Assembly: GCA_045837725.1 (NCBI GenBank)
Contig: JBEWZL010000282.1
Coordinates: 124,001-188,000 of the forward strand
Source of the DNA: Vermamoeba vermiformis
Taxonomy: Eukaryota
Direction of reading: 5' to 3'
Length of the DNA: 64,000 nt
The position numbers and the translations under genes were made by a program. Each line of letters starts with the position of its first letter. Within the stretch, counting starts at the first letter, position 1. The notes under the pieces were generated by a model, which was not told the origin of the DNA, made no database searches, and worked only from the letters and a program-made list of their open reading frames with translations. This document shows positions 52,301 to 64,000 of this stretch, in pieces.

Positions 52301-55300
52301 AAGACGCAGGCCACTGAGCTGACAGAGGCTTCAGAAAATCTGAACGTGCCTTCCAAGAACACTATCTCGCCTCCTATTGTCGATACAGAAGCCGGCGCGG
52401 CCATCGACAAAGCTATCAGAGTGATTAGCTACGCGTTACTAATCAAGTGTTCAATGCGACTTACTAGGACATTGACCGTTCGTTGAAGTAGTGCATGACG
52501 TCGTTCCAGTGGTACCACAAGACACTGTTGATTGACACCAGAAGCACTCTGGGCGTTGAGGGTTCACGCACGTGCTGCATTGGGTCTCGGAACAGTCTGT
52601 GGAAGATATCCAAGTTAGCACACAGATCGGTTAATGACCGATTGCTTTTGATGACACGTGTCAAATGCCGTACCATAGATCTCGACGGGGAAGTCAGGAG
52701 TAATACGTTTGTTGTTCTCCCAGATACTCAACTGATGTGTTCCTGCTTGCAAAGTGTTTGGAACATTACAGCTAATCTCCGTAGCATTTACGACTGTGCT
52801 CGACGGCGAGAAAGCACCAGTTGCTGGTGTTGTACCCACTGCAACATTCCATGCACATCTCCAGCTTCCTGCAAGACCGCTGAATGAGAACCTACCCAAG
52901 ACCGTCCTTGATGTGACATTAGATAAGAGAAGAAGCGGAGCAATTGTTATAGTAGGATGACTTACAAAGTAGTGGTGTCGCGATTGCGAAGGTGGAACGT
53001 TGGTGGAGTAACACTCGAAATTTCTGTTCGTAGTTTAGTGATTGACTTAAAACGATTGTGAGCTCGTAGTGTATACGTACTTGGACACGAGCCAGCCGTG
53101 TTGCAAGAAGAGGTCTGGTTAGCAGTAAAGATACAAGACGCCGAGTCGAAGCAGAAGGTGCAGTCTTGTTTGCGTCTGTCCGTCACATAGACGTCCGTGC
53201 ATGACGCGCAGTCCGTTTGGTATATTGTGCAGTCATAGAACATGAAGGCACCTGAGTCTGAGGTTGCGTATGTTTTGGATCCAGCAAGTACAGTGACTTG
53301 TGTATTCAGCTCAAGACTTGTCAATCTGGAAGAGTTGAATACAGCTTGTGAGATGACAGGCGTTGTGACAGTGAGTTGTGTGGATGACACTCGTGTTGCT
53401 TGCATTGTTGATCCTGCGCCAAAGTTGACAGTGTATGATGCCACTGATGATGATACCACTGGTGACACTGTGATTGTCACTGTCTTTGCGGAGATAATAC
53501 CTGCACTGTCAGGTGACAGCGTCAATGAAGGACATTGTTGGTACCAATCGGCAGTGCAACTGGATTGACTGGCACACGAAGCAGTTGCGTAACACCAGCC
53601 ACAGTCAGGGTACGTGTTTGATGTGCAAGACGAGCATGAACTCACTGCAGTGCAAGCTAAATACGGATTAAGTTAGATAAGGGATCAAAACTTGAATGTT
53701 ACGTACTGTAGTACTCAAAGCTCACTGAGTTTGGTGCCCAGTAGCCGTTGCGGTACTTGATCTTCACTTCAACGATACGATTTTGCTCTGCGCTGATGTT
53801 AGTTATCTGGTGTAAAAGGTCAATGAACGACATACGTGAGGGCAATGAAGGAGTGACACACGTGACACTGTTGTACGTCACACTTTGTGCGCGTACTGTA
53901 GCGATACCAACGAACTCGCACTGCACGTCGGATGCTGAGATAGGCTGACTGTTGAGGAGGTACGAGCTCAACACCATGACGGTTGTGCCACCATCCGCGC
54001 TGCCTCGAGTAGGTGTGATGGAGTCCAAGAAGGGGCACGTGTAGCCTGTTTGAATCCAATCCACAGGTGCGCAGTTTGTTTGGTCCGTGCACGTTCTAGA
54101 AGATTGACAGAAGCCGCTGATTGGCTCAGCATTAGTTCGCTGCACATGAACCCTAAATTTAGGTGCATTCTTACCAGTAAGTCGAGTCGAGGGCGCAAGT
54201 GGTGCAGTTTGATTGCGAACAGTCTATAAATAAGTGTCAATAAGAAGACTTGAAATGACGTGCGATGACTCATCGTACCAAACATTTTGAAAACCTGGAG
54301 TTGTCCGTTGTCAGAAGGGAAGAACATGTTGGAGCCAGATATGAAACCAAAGCCCAACATTCCGATAGACGTCGTCGGACCGACAGCTGCAAGACAAAAT
54401 TAGACGGGACTTTTGGTTCCGTGGTTTCTATGGGCCTTACTTAATGAGGCTATGCTGCTCCAAGTAGCTAACTGAACTCTGAATATCGTTGTGTCCACAG
54501 AGTTAACTACACCGCTGACGAACAGAGTTTGCTTTGCCGAGTCTAAGTAACAGGACGAAATGTTACATTACGAGATTTAATCAAAAGTGACACTTTGACA
54601 CGTGTCATGACGAGAATTTTCTTACCCAACACTGCACCAGTAAATGATGTGTCAGCTTCTAAATAAATACCAGTGAGAGATAAGGTTCCACTTGAGCCAA
54701 AAGCGACCTGAAAACACTAGTTAACACAACGCTTGGTGAGATCGGAGAGAAATCCGACTTACTTCTGAAACAATGCCGGCGTCAGATACAAATATCATTG
54801 ATTTTTTTGGAGAGTTGTAAATTCCATAGTTTTGCTACAGAAATAACGTTAGTCGGTTTGAAAGTAAAAATAAAGCTGGGACATACGTTCCACGCGCCAA
54901 GTTTTCTGGAAGTAGAACTACCAAAACCGCTACTTTCAGAGCGGAATATCAAGAAGTACCCATCTGAGAGACCGTAGACAATCTATATAAAAGCTTTCAG
55001 CAACTAGTTTTGATAAATATGCTCGTTACTTACGCGCTTGGTGACAGGCTCATAAACAACGGAGAAAGCCTTGTAACCACCGCTTAATGAGGTTCTGGTA
55101 TTATCGAAGTTTGAATCGGTAAAGGGTCTTCGAACTTGAACGATGTGATAGTAAGATGCGATCCACAAATACTCCGTATTCACATCGTAATAGCAAACCT
55201 AAAGAATTAGATTGTGAATAAAATCAAAATAAGATATTTATACGTACTGGATTGATAGTAACCGACCCTGATGGAGTGTTTGTTGTCCAACTGTGATACC

Positions 55301-55888
55301 TATTTAGGTAAGTCACGCTCGAGCCCGACAAAGTGTAGAAATAGGCTCTAAGGCTTGTAGAGGATGTGGCAACGCAAACGGCGACTGAATAGAATTACGC
55401 ATTATATCACAATGTATTAAATTTAATACGCAGTGGAATTTCTGCACCAGATTTGTGAACTTACGTCGTGCTTGCGAGGGATCAGACAGTTGTCCAATGG
55501 CCATGCTTGTAACTCTACTACCTGCAGGTAGAGTACTAATGAAGGTTGTATAGGTCCCACTCGGATCGCTCGACTTTACAACATTTATCGTTAGGTTGAT
55601 CTGTGTTTCAAATTGAAATTGATTACTCACGCGAAGAACAACATTACTACCGCCCAATAAGTAATAAGTTGTGCCAGAAGTCGTATAAGTTGCCGTTGGA
55701 GCCAAGGGACCGATTTGTTTGTTGCTCGCGGATACGCTCTGATCCATAAATTTCAATTAGCAAGTATTAGCGTAATTATTTTTCATTATTAAAATGCTTA
55801 CACTCATTCCAAGTGTTTGGCCGACAGCCAAGCTGGCGCAGTATGCGGCGAAAAGAGCGCCGAAAAGATTTTTCGACCATCTCCCCAT
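49357..55888 (-). CDS. Plexin-like receptor RasGAP, copy 3
   Basis: Signal peptide MGRWSKNLFGALFAAYCASLAVG/QTLGM. Same domain order. GAP exon is ORF 49357..50193. Confidence 0.9.
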
Positions 55889-56202
55889 CGTGGGATCAAA
55901 ACTTCTGATCGAGATGTGGTCTCCTATTAGTGGGATGTGTTAAATAACAAAAATCCACTCACAGTCGTGTTATGTTGTGTGAATCGATGGACGACGTTGT
56001 GAGTCAATTTCTGGACATCACACTGTCATTCAATTTTGACTTCGCAGAACATCGAAGTCGCACTATCATTTGTGACCGGAACTATGACACCAAAACTTCA
56101 TGTAACGTTGATTTATTAAAAGTACACTACAAATGTTGAAGTTAAAATACATCGTGGGACAAGACAAAAACGTACTTGTTGCAATTTTAGCCCTTTGAGG
56201 CC

Positions 56203-59200
56203 TCAAGGTTCTTTCAAACATTTAGGTTGGAGGTTCTTTTCCTTTCCTTTCTTGGGAGGCTCGCCGTACTTGGCAATGACATCGTTCAGCAAGCTGGTCA
56301 TCGCTTGAGCTTGCTCTTCGGGCAGACTTTGCAAGGCATTTCGAATCTTAGTCTCGTTTCTCACAATGTGAGTGTGCATCATTGCCAAACTGTTCAATCT
56401 CACATTCTCTGGAACAGATAGCTCGAGTTTCATTTTCTGATTGAACGGTGTTGCTGGATCAAGAAGAGTGGCATACAACTGTCGCATCTTGGGGATGTTG
56501 CGTTGCATGAAGTCTTCGAAGTTTGTCATGAACTGTTCTTTGGCTCCGAGTGTTGTCATGTTGGCGAGGCTCTGAAGTACTTTGCCAATCAGAACAAGTT
56601 GACGTTGGGCAACTGTGTTGGGAGGATTGGGAAGAAGACCATAGTAGTGAGGAGCAGTCAACGCAGGAGTGATGAATCGAAGGAACAACAAGCCTCCGAC
56701 GGCCTTCATGACAGCGTCATCAGAGCCGTATCTATCCATAATAGAGTAAGAGATGCGTTGGAAGATTTGTCTGAACTCCATTGGCACTTTGTCACTGCCT
56801 GTTTTGATGACACTGAAGATCTTTTGACATGCCGCTGCAAGTTGGAACACATTCTGATCGATATCGATGTTTGCGTCTTTGATCTTTGATGGATCGACCT
56901 CCATTTCGAAGTTGAGAAGTGATGCCTTCTTGTCATCGTCGTCGTTCAGCTTTTCAGCAGCTTCAGCAGCATTCTGAGCGACAGTATTGAGTTCGTTGAT
57001 GACAAGAGCAAGAGTGAAGTACAAGTACTTTGTGCCAACTACGAACGTGTCAGATCATGTCAAAACTACATCACTCGCAAAGAACTTACCGAGCTTTGAG
57101 TAGAACTTGAACATCTTGCTGCTCACCGAGTTCGTTCTGAACAGAGTGTTCTCGGTTGCTGATACCATGATCTCTTGTGCGGCGAAGAACTGGATCAGTT
57201 CGGCGGCATTTCCGTGTGAGTGAGCCAAGTACACGCATGCCTTTGCGACTGGATCAGTCTCAGTGGGTGCTGTGACAGAGAAGATGGTACTGAGGAAAGT
57301 CTTGTCTCTGTTCAACAAGATCTCTTCGAGCTCCCTGAAGTAAAGATTGTTAGAAACTGACGTTAGAAATCGAGTATTATCTAATACGCACTTGTAGTTG
57401 TCGCGAGCATCGACTTTGTAGAGCAATGAGAGGTCTCCTTGGTATGCAACTTGTTCATAGTCTGGTTCGCGGATTTGAACCAACAAGCCTTGCTGTTTCT
57501 TGCGCTGATATCTGACGAAAAGAACAGCGAATACAGCGGCACCAGCAAGCACAACAGCACCAACAATCGATCCTGCAATCACTCCAGGAAGACTGAACGC
57601 TCCTGAGCAGCTGTCTTGAGTAAACTCTCCGCTGCATTGTGACGAGACTGAGCAGCTTTGAACCGCATTGACATTGCACCAGCCGCATCCTGTCTTAGCA
57701 ATGCATGCATCGCACGTTTTGACTGATGCACAATCTATGCCATATTAGTTAACTCCACTCGAAAGCATAAGAGGTACATACCAACAAAAGTAAAGGTTTG
57801 TGGGGTTGTTAGTGGTGTTGATGAGAAGTCAACAGTGAAAGCGAGTTGACTTTCAACTGAGACTTTCGGTAAAGCACACTGGAGCGAGGCATAGTCAGAT
57901 GAAGGTTGTGCCAACACAGGTTCGACTCCCTCAAAGCTGCAGTAGAAGGAATTTTTTGACGAAGCCAAGAGCGAGACGATGTCGCGCTTGGTGACCGTTT
58001 GATTGCTAGGGGCCGACAACAATGTCAAGAGTTGCTCGTTTGAAGTGAGAGGAGGATCAACAGTAACTGTGATGTTCTCAACAACGCCGAGTTGGAACGC
58101 CGATTCGCTCGGGGTAGCAGCTGTTACATGTTAATTAAAAGATCAACTGAGCACTTGACATTGATACGTACCAAAGCACTGCTCGAGGAAGATGTCCGTG
58201 GCTCCAGCACACTTCGACGCGGGTCTCTGTATTCGTGCGTTAGCAATACTACTCATACTACTGATGGCAAATATTAACATACGCAAGACGAGGAAGTCGC
58301 ACACCAGCCGCAGAATCGTTGTTGCAAGCATTGACCCGAGCATGACGTGTCACTCAGTGTCAAGCAATCTGTTGAATAAATGTATTGATTAGATCATGTG
58401 TAAGCGAGAAGCACTGTGAACGTGTTAACGTACCGTAGAACAAGAAGTTGAGAGCGTCCCAAGGAATGTACGACTGTGCTCCCACGCTTACGGTCAACGA
58501 GACGTTACCAATCAAGTTACCGCCCGATGGCGTCGTGCAAGCCAAAGAAGTGCCTAGGACATCTTAGCTTGCCGTTACGCACAATTAATAGACTTACCAT
58601 CATCAGAGGGTGTTCCAGAACCTGCATCATTAGCGAAGACGCACGTGTAAATGAGGTCTTCGCCTGAGTCACCCTTTGCTGGGAAAGGTCCACCATAGAT
58701 CACAACTGTCTCGCCTCCGCCAATGTAGCCGTGATCTGGCTCCACATAGCTCAACGCTGGTATATATGTTAGATAAGCCATCACGCCTCAACATAGATTG
58801 CCTGTCGGCACTTACTAGGACACGTGGTAACTTCGGATTGGCATGAGTAGCCACACGAGCCAGTTGCACACCATTTGCACATTGGTCGAGACACTGACAA
58901 GCACTCAAGACAGTTGCCTTGAACCGCAGTACAATCTGTGTTATTGTTAGAGGGGGTGAAGAACAAACGATATGAAGTACGCACCGTAGAACTCAAACGG
59001 AAGTGAGTTAGTGTACTGGTTGCCGTTCACTGTAACGTACACAAAAGTGTCGTTGGATCCTGATTGATAGCCGGTTGGAGAGGTACAGGCAATGCCGGTG
59101 TCCGTGTAATTTGCAGCGGTAACGATAGTTGTGGTATTTTGTACGAAGGCACAGCCAATGTTAGTTGCGGTCGAGCCACTGAACTTAAACGTTCCTTCGA

Positions 59201-62200
59201 AGAAAACTACTTCGCTGCCTAGTGTTGACACGGAAGATGGTGCGACGAGCGATAACGCTGTTAACAGTTAGTAAAAGATCTTTAGACATAATAAACGACA
59301 TACTAGGACATTGGGCAACAGCGTTCGTTGAAGTGGTGCATGTCGTCGTTCCAGTAGTACCACAAGACACTGTTGACTGACACCAGAAGCACTCTGGATG
59401 AAGTGCATTCAAGCACGTGCTGCATTGTGTCTCGGAGCAGTCTACAATAAATACGTGTTAATGTACTGCATGTTATACGAGTCGTATTCGCAATACCATA
59501 GATCTCAATGGGATAGTCAGGAGTGATGCGATTGTTATTTCTGTCCCAAATGCTCAGTTGATGGGTTCCTGTCTGCAAGCTGCTCGGAATTGTGCAGTTG
59601 ATCTGCGTAGCATTCACGACAGTGCTGACAGTCGAGTTGAGCGTTGGTGTTGCTCCGACAGGAACGTTCCACGAGCAGTGCCAATCTCCTGCTAGACCAT
59701 TGAATGAGAACTTGCCCGTGACAACCCTATCAATTGCGTTAGTTATACATTGGAACGAGTACATTGCAACTTACAATGTCGTTGTGTCTCGATTCTTGAT
59801 GTGTAAGGACGAAGGAGTGACCGATGAAATGCCTACACCAATGATTAGCGACGCGCACGAACCGGATGTTTGACTTACGTGGGCAAGAGCCGGATGTGCA
59901 CGCTGCAGTCTTATTGGCAGTAAAAATACATGATGCAATGTCAAAGCAGAACGTGCAGTCTTGCTTTCGTACTCTAGTAGCATAAACGTCCGTGCACGAC
60001 GCGCAATCGGTCTCGTACACAGTGCAGTCATAGAACATGAAGGCACCTGTGTCTGAGGTTGCGTATGTGCTCGTGCCAGCAAGCACTGTGACTTGTGTAT
60101 TCAGTTCAAGATTGGTGCCTCTAGCAGTGTTGAACGAAGTCTGCGAGATGACAGGAGTTGTGACAGTGAGTTGTGTGGATGACACTCGTGTTGCTTGCAT
60201 TGTTGATCCTGCTCCAAAGTTGACAGTGTATGATGCCACTGATGATGATACCACTGGTGACACTGTGATTGTCACTGTCTTTGCGGAGATGATACCTGCA
60301 CTGTCAGGTGACAGCGTCAATGAAGGACATTGTTGGTACCAATCGGCAGTGCAGCTTGACTTGCTCGAGCACGAAGCAGTTGCGTAACACCAGCCACAGT
60401 CAGGGTATGTATCTGACACGCATGAAGAGCAGCTACTAACAGCGTTGCAAGCTGACGAGCCCGTTAGTGAGCTTAAGTTACTCTCATTCATTGCTTACCG
60501 TAGTAATTGAAAGTGACACTGTTTGGTGCCCAGTAGCCACTTCGGTACTTAATCTTAACTTCGACTGCGCGGTTTGTTTCTATTATAAAGCACATTAGTA
60601 TCTCAGTGGTAGTACAGTGACGACAAAGACTTACTTGGGCTGATTCCAGGAGTGACACATGTCACACTGTTGTACGTCACACTTTGGGCCGAGACTGTTG
60701 AAACTCCAACGAACTCGCATTGAACATCTGATGCTGAGATAACTTGGCCGTTGAGAAGATACGAACTCAGTACGTTCACTGAAGTTCCTCCGTCAGCTGT
60801 TCCACGGTTCGGAGTGATTGAATCGAGCACTGGACACGTGTACCCTGTTTGAGCCCAATCACTAACAGAGCACGAGCCAGAGTCTGTGCACGTTCTCGTT
60901 GATTGACAAAAGCCGCTATTTGACTGGTTAGCATTTATCGCACAATACATTGCTCTACATACCAGTAGGTAGTATCTTGCGTGCAAGCGTTACAATCCCA
61001 GCCAGAGCAATCTGCAAGGAACTGTTAGATACGACTACGAACCAATGATCATGCGCGTACCAAACATTTTGATAGCTCGGAAAACGCTGGTGTTGGAAGG
61101 GAAAAACATATTGTTTCCAGAAATAAAGCCCATTCCTAGTTGACCGATAGTACTGGCACTTCCCACGGCTAAAATTATCAATTAATTAATAAAAGTTGGA
61201 AATCAATTCATTACGGCGGCTTACTTAAATAGGCAACGCTGCTCCATGAAGCTATTTGAACTCTGTATACGCTAGTATTGGTTCCAACGAATCCGCTGAC
61301 GAACAAAACTTGGTTTGCCGAGTCTAATAATGAAAAGTCAATACATCTGCTGTGCACGAGCATGTCCACATACCAATGATAGCGCCCGTAAAAGTGACAT
61401 CGGACTCCAGATATATTCCGGTCAACGATAAAGCGTTCGTCGATGGATTAAAGGTCACCTGTTATCAAAACTTTAGCCTCGATCCCGATGCGTTTCGGAA
61501 ACTTTACCTCCGAAACAATACCAATATCAGATATAAACAATGAAGTGGCCTTCAAGGGATTGTATAGCGTGTATAATTGCTGTTGCAGGAAACGTTAGTT
61601 CTGGGTTGGTTGGTTTTTTTGTAGTCAAAAACGTACACTCCACGCGCCCAATTTTTTGTACACTTCGTCGCCGAAAGTTAGACCGCTAGGATATCCGACT
61701 AAATAGCCGCTAGTGCAGCCGATTAAGACCTACTGAGTTACATGGTGAGACCTTGTAAATTCATAATAGTATGGTTACGTACGATGTCATTTGTGTTGTC
61801 GTAAACAACGGAAACCATTTCATTAACAAATCCCTTAGGAGGACCAGTCGGCGCTGCAAAAGTGTTTTTTGGATTTGCTGTTGACGCAGCAGTAATTCTG
61901 CCAATAACACCGCCGTTCGCGACCCAAACATAGTCTCGAGAATAATCGTAGGCGCAAACCTAGCAGTTTTTAATATTAATGTACCTTATAAATATGATGC
62001 ACTTACTGGCGTAAATCCACCGGTTGGGTTGGTCCAAGTAAAGTTTTTAGGTGAAAAGCTGAAGCCGCTCGAACTGAGATTGATCATAAACAGAGCTTTG
62101 TTCATCGTGCACACGGCAACTGAATAGAAAATTAGACACTTGCTAGTATTATGCCGGCATATATAATGTTTGCGGAGTTAAAAATTATTGGCGGTGAGCG

Positions 62201-62682
62201 TTGGATTTTTTGGTTTTTTGAGAACTTACCCCGCGCGTTGGCCGAGTCAATTTGATAGACAGACATGCTCGTAATCATGTTATTGCTTGGTAATGTAATG
62301 AACGTGCTGAAAGAGCTGGAAGTAAGAGGCGTAGTTGACTTTCAGAAAAATGTTAGTGGATGTCATTCTACTGCGAGATTCTGAACCGCTAAATTATAGT
62401 ATTTTGTTTAATTAGACTTACCCTGGCAATCTTGCTATCACCTCCGTAAAGATAATAAGTTGTGCCTGAGATGGAATAGGTTGCAGTTACACTCGTGGCG
62501 CCGATAGCCAAGTTACCGGATGCAACATTCTGGTAAATATTAGATTAACATACACCGCCCATCATTTAACAAATTTAAAAATTAGTATCACTTACAGCCA
62601 TGCCGAGTGTTTGGCCGAACGTCAGACTCACACAGTAAGCCGCGAGAAAGATCCCGATAAGATTGACAAGTGCAACTCCCAT
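56203..62682 (-). CDS. Plexin-like receptor RasGAP, copy 4
   Basis: Signal peptide MGVALVNLIGIFLAAYCVSLTFG/QTLGM. Same domain order. GAP exon is ORF 56203..57024, with an altered C-terminus (LQPKCLKEP). Confidence 0.9.
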
Positions 62683-64000
62683 CGATCTTTTGTTCTCTCG
62701 CGTGGTTGTGGTAATTGCAATAATATTAATAAGCTAAAAATGCTGAGTGTGAATTAGCGCGAGTTTTTATTGGCAGCCTTGCCGAAATTTGACAAATGTC
62801 ACTCCAAACTTACACAAACAGCCCAATAACAACGCAAGTTATATCATGCTTACGACGTAACTTTAGAATGCACTAGCATTAGATTGAGACTGTTTCATAT
62901 TTGCAACGGAGAATCTCGAATTTAGTTTGCTAAATTTAGGGCGCTAAGATTGATGCAGACGGGACTAAACTTAGGACCTTTGCATATCTTGACTATGAGA
63001 CCGCTGGTGGTCGACAATTAATTTAAATGAAGATAACCGCTAATAGGGTTCGACTGCCGATATTGATTTGGGACAGCCGAAAAGAAATGTGGGCACAAAC
63101 GAGTGCAATGTGAAATAAAAATAAAAAAAGAGAATGCGACCCCCCAACAGGGCGGAATACCCAACAATCGGTTTTTACACCAACGGTTGAATTCACAGGC
63201 TATTGTCTCAAGTGAAAGATTAAGTCATTGTTGTTGTTAAGGCCCGAATCCTTGCGGAAACAGGTACTCAATAATAATGGGGAACTTGTGCACCCGCGTT
63301 TATTCAGGTAGGAACTCGATCTGCTCTGTGGTCCTATTGCTAGGATAACGAATTAGAACAGACCAAGCCACCCTCCAGCACTGCTCTACCATACGCCTCG
63401 CAAACGCTAAGGAGGCAATAGAACAATGACGGATCGCCGCGGGACCGCATCCTCAGGTATTGAAGCACTTCTCAGTTTGGTCTTGACGGAACCTGCGCAT
63501 CTCAAAATATTTCTTTTGGGAGCAAACCAGCCACAAATAACAAATTATTCTTGCGTATTTCTCTACCCCAAAACACAAATAGCAACCAAGCACGTACCTT
63601 GTTGTTTGAGTACGCATCCGTGTCACATCCGATCACCGACTACGTGCATAAGGTCTTTATATTCTAGAGGTGGACGTGTTGAAAGATATTGATGGCATTA
63701 TAATTGGACTTAGGAAGCCACAAAACAGGAGCCAAAGGTTCAACAGAGAACTCCTGATTCAGAATCTTCGTGATCGCCTGGTAAATAGGATTAATACAAA
63801 CTCGCATTTATAATTTTTATATTCTTCGGATTTATTATTATACAGTAGTACTATTACAAGTTATGTACCAATCATCAGAAAATAACAAATTAGAATTTTA
63901 ATTTAAATTTATTTTCATCTGGCAGCCAGTAACTGAGTTCAACCAAAACGGTGCAAAATATTGCGCTGGTAATTAAAGTACAAATTTAACATTTAATTGC

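Larger units (their letters stand above)
35751..62682 (-). repeat. Head-to-tail tandem gene array, 4 units of about 6.8 kb
   Basis: Stops at 35751, 42567, 49357 and 56203 (spacings 6816, 6790, 6846). Spacers of about 310-350 bp show no obvious similarity to each other, while coding blocks are near-identical between units. Confidence 0.95.

Noticed and set aside
35724-60387. Repeated plus-strand ORFs in the array (e.g. MKAL/PGDE...VVTVSCVDDTRVAC, antisense to IPT2 and GAP)
   Set aside because: They recur only because the sense-strand exons are near-identical. There is no independent evidence of coding.
35751-62682. Array as a transposon, CRISPR-like repeat or assembly duplication artefact
   Set aside because: No transposase/RT, TIRs or short repeat-spacer structure. 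The copies have distinct heads, introns and spacers, so they are genuine paralogs.
35751-62682. Assigning a PLXN gene symbol
   Set aside because: There is no RBD-split GAP, the PSI count differs, and a Sema domain cannot be confirmed by eye. Orthology is unproven.
63257-63895. Possible small plus-strand gene (MGNLCT... start, ORF 63426..63692, exon-like 63668-63780)
   Set aside because: I could not assemble a consistent stop-free spliced model or recognise any motif. It may be a degraded or noncoding locus.

Overview
Gene-dense, intron-rich nuclear DNA from a unicellular eukaryote. It has short AT-rich GT-AG introns with CTAAC-like branch sites and uses the standard code; an amoebozoan origin is plausible from gene content but cannot be proven here. 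The first 35.5 kb holds about 15 genes: a partial multi-TM protein, Mic19-like, LYR-motif, ubiquitin-eL40, saposin/amoebapore-like, a propeller-EGF-PSI-multiTM surface protein, HEAT-repeat protein, Prp40, F-box-ankyrin, two tandem F-box paralogs, Sac1, mS23-like, a TagF/TagB-like GT-B domain apparently fused to TTLL12, and an RRM-RWD-CHY protein. The last 27 kb is a head-to-tail array of four ~6.8-kb plexin-like receptor genes: signal peptide, variable N-terminal propeller-like head, 7 PSI and 6 IPT domains in strict alternation, one TM helix and an uninterrupted RasGAP domain with intact arginine-finger and FLR motifs. The copies have divergent heads, near-identical GAP domains, patchwork sequence exchange and intron presence/absence differences, which suggests a diversifying recognition-receptor system. 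Other highlights are a candidate U12-type intron, frame-required microexons, a start codon split by an intron and clustered GATC motifs in introns. All gene models were spliced by eye and family calls are by motif recognition, not database search.
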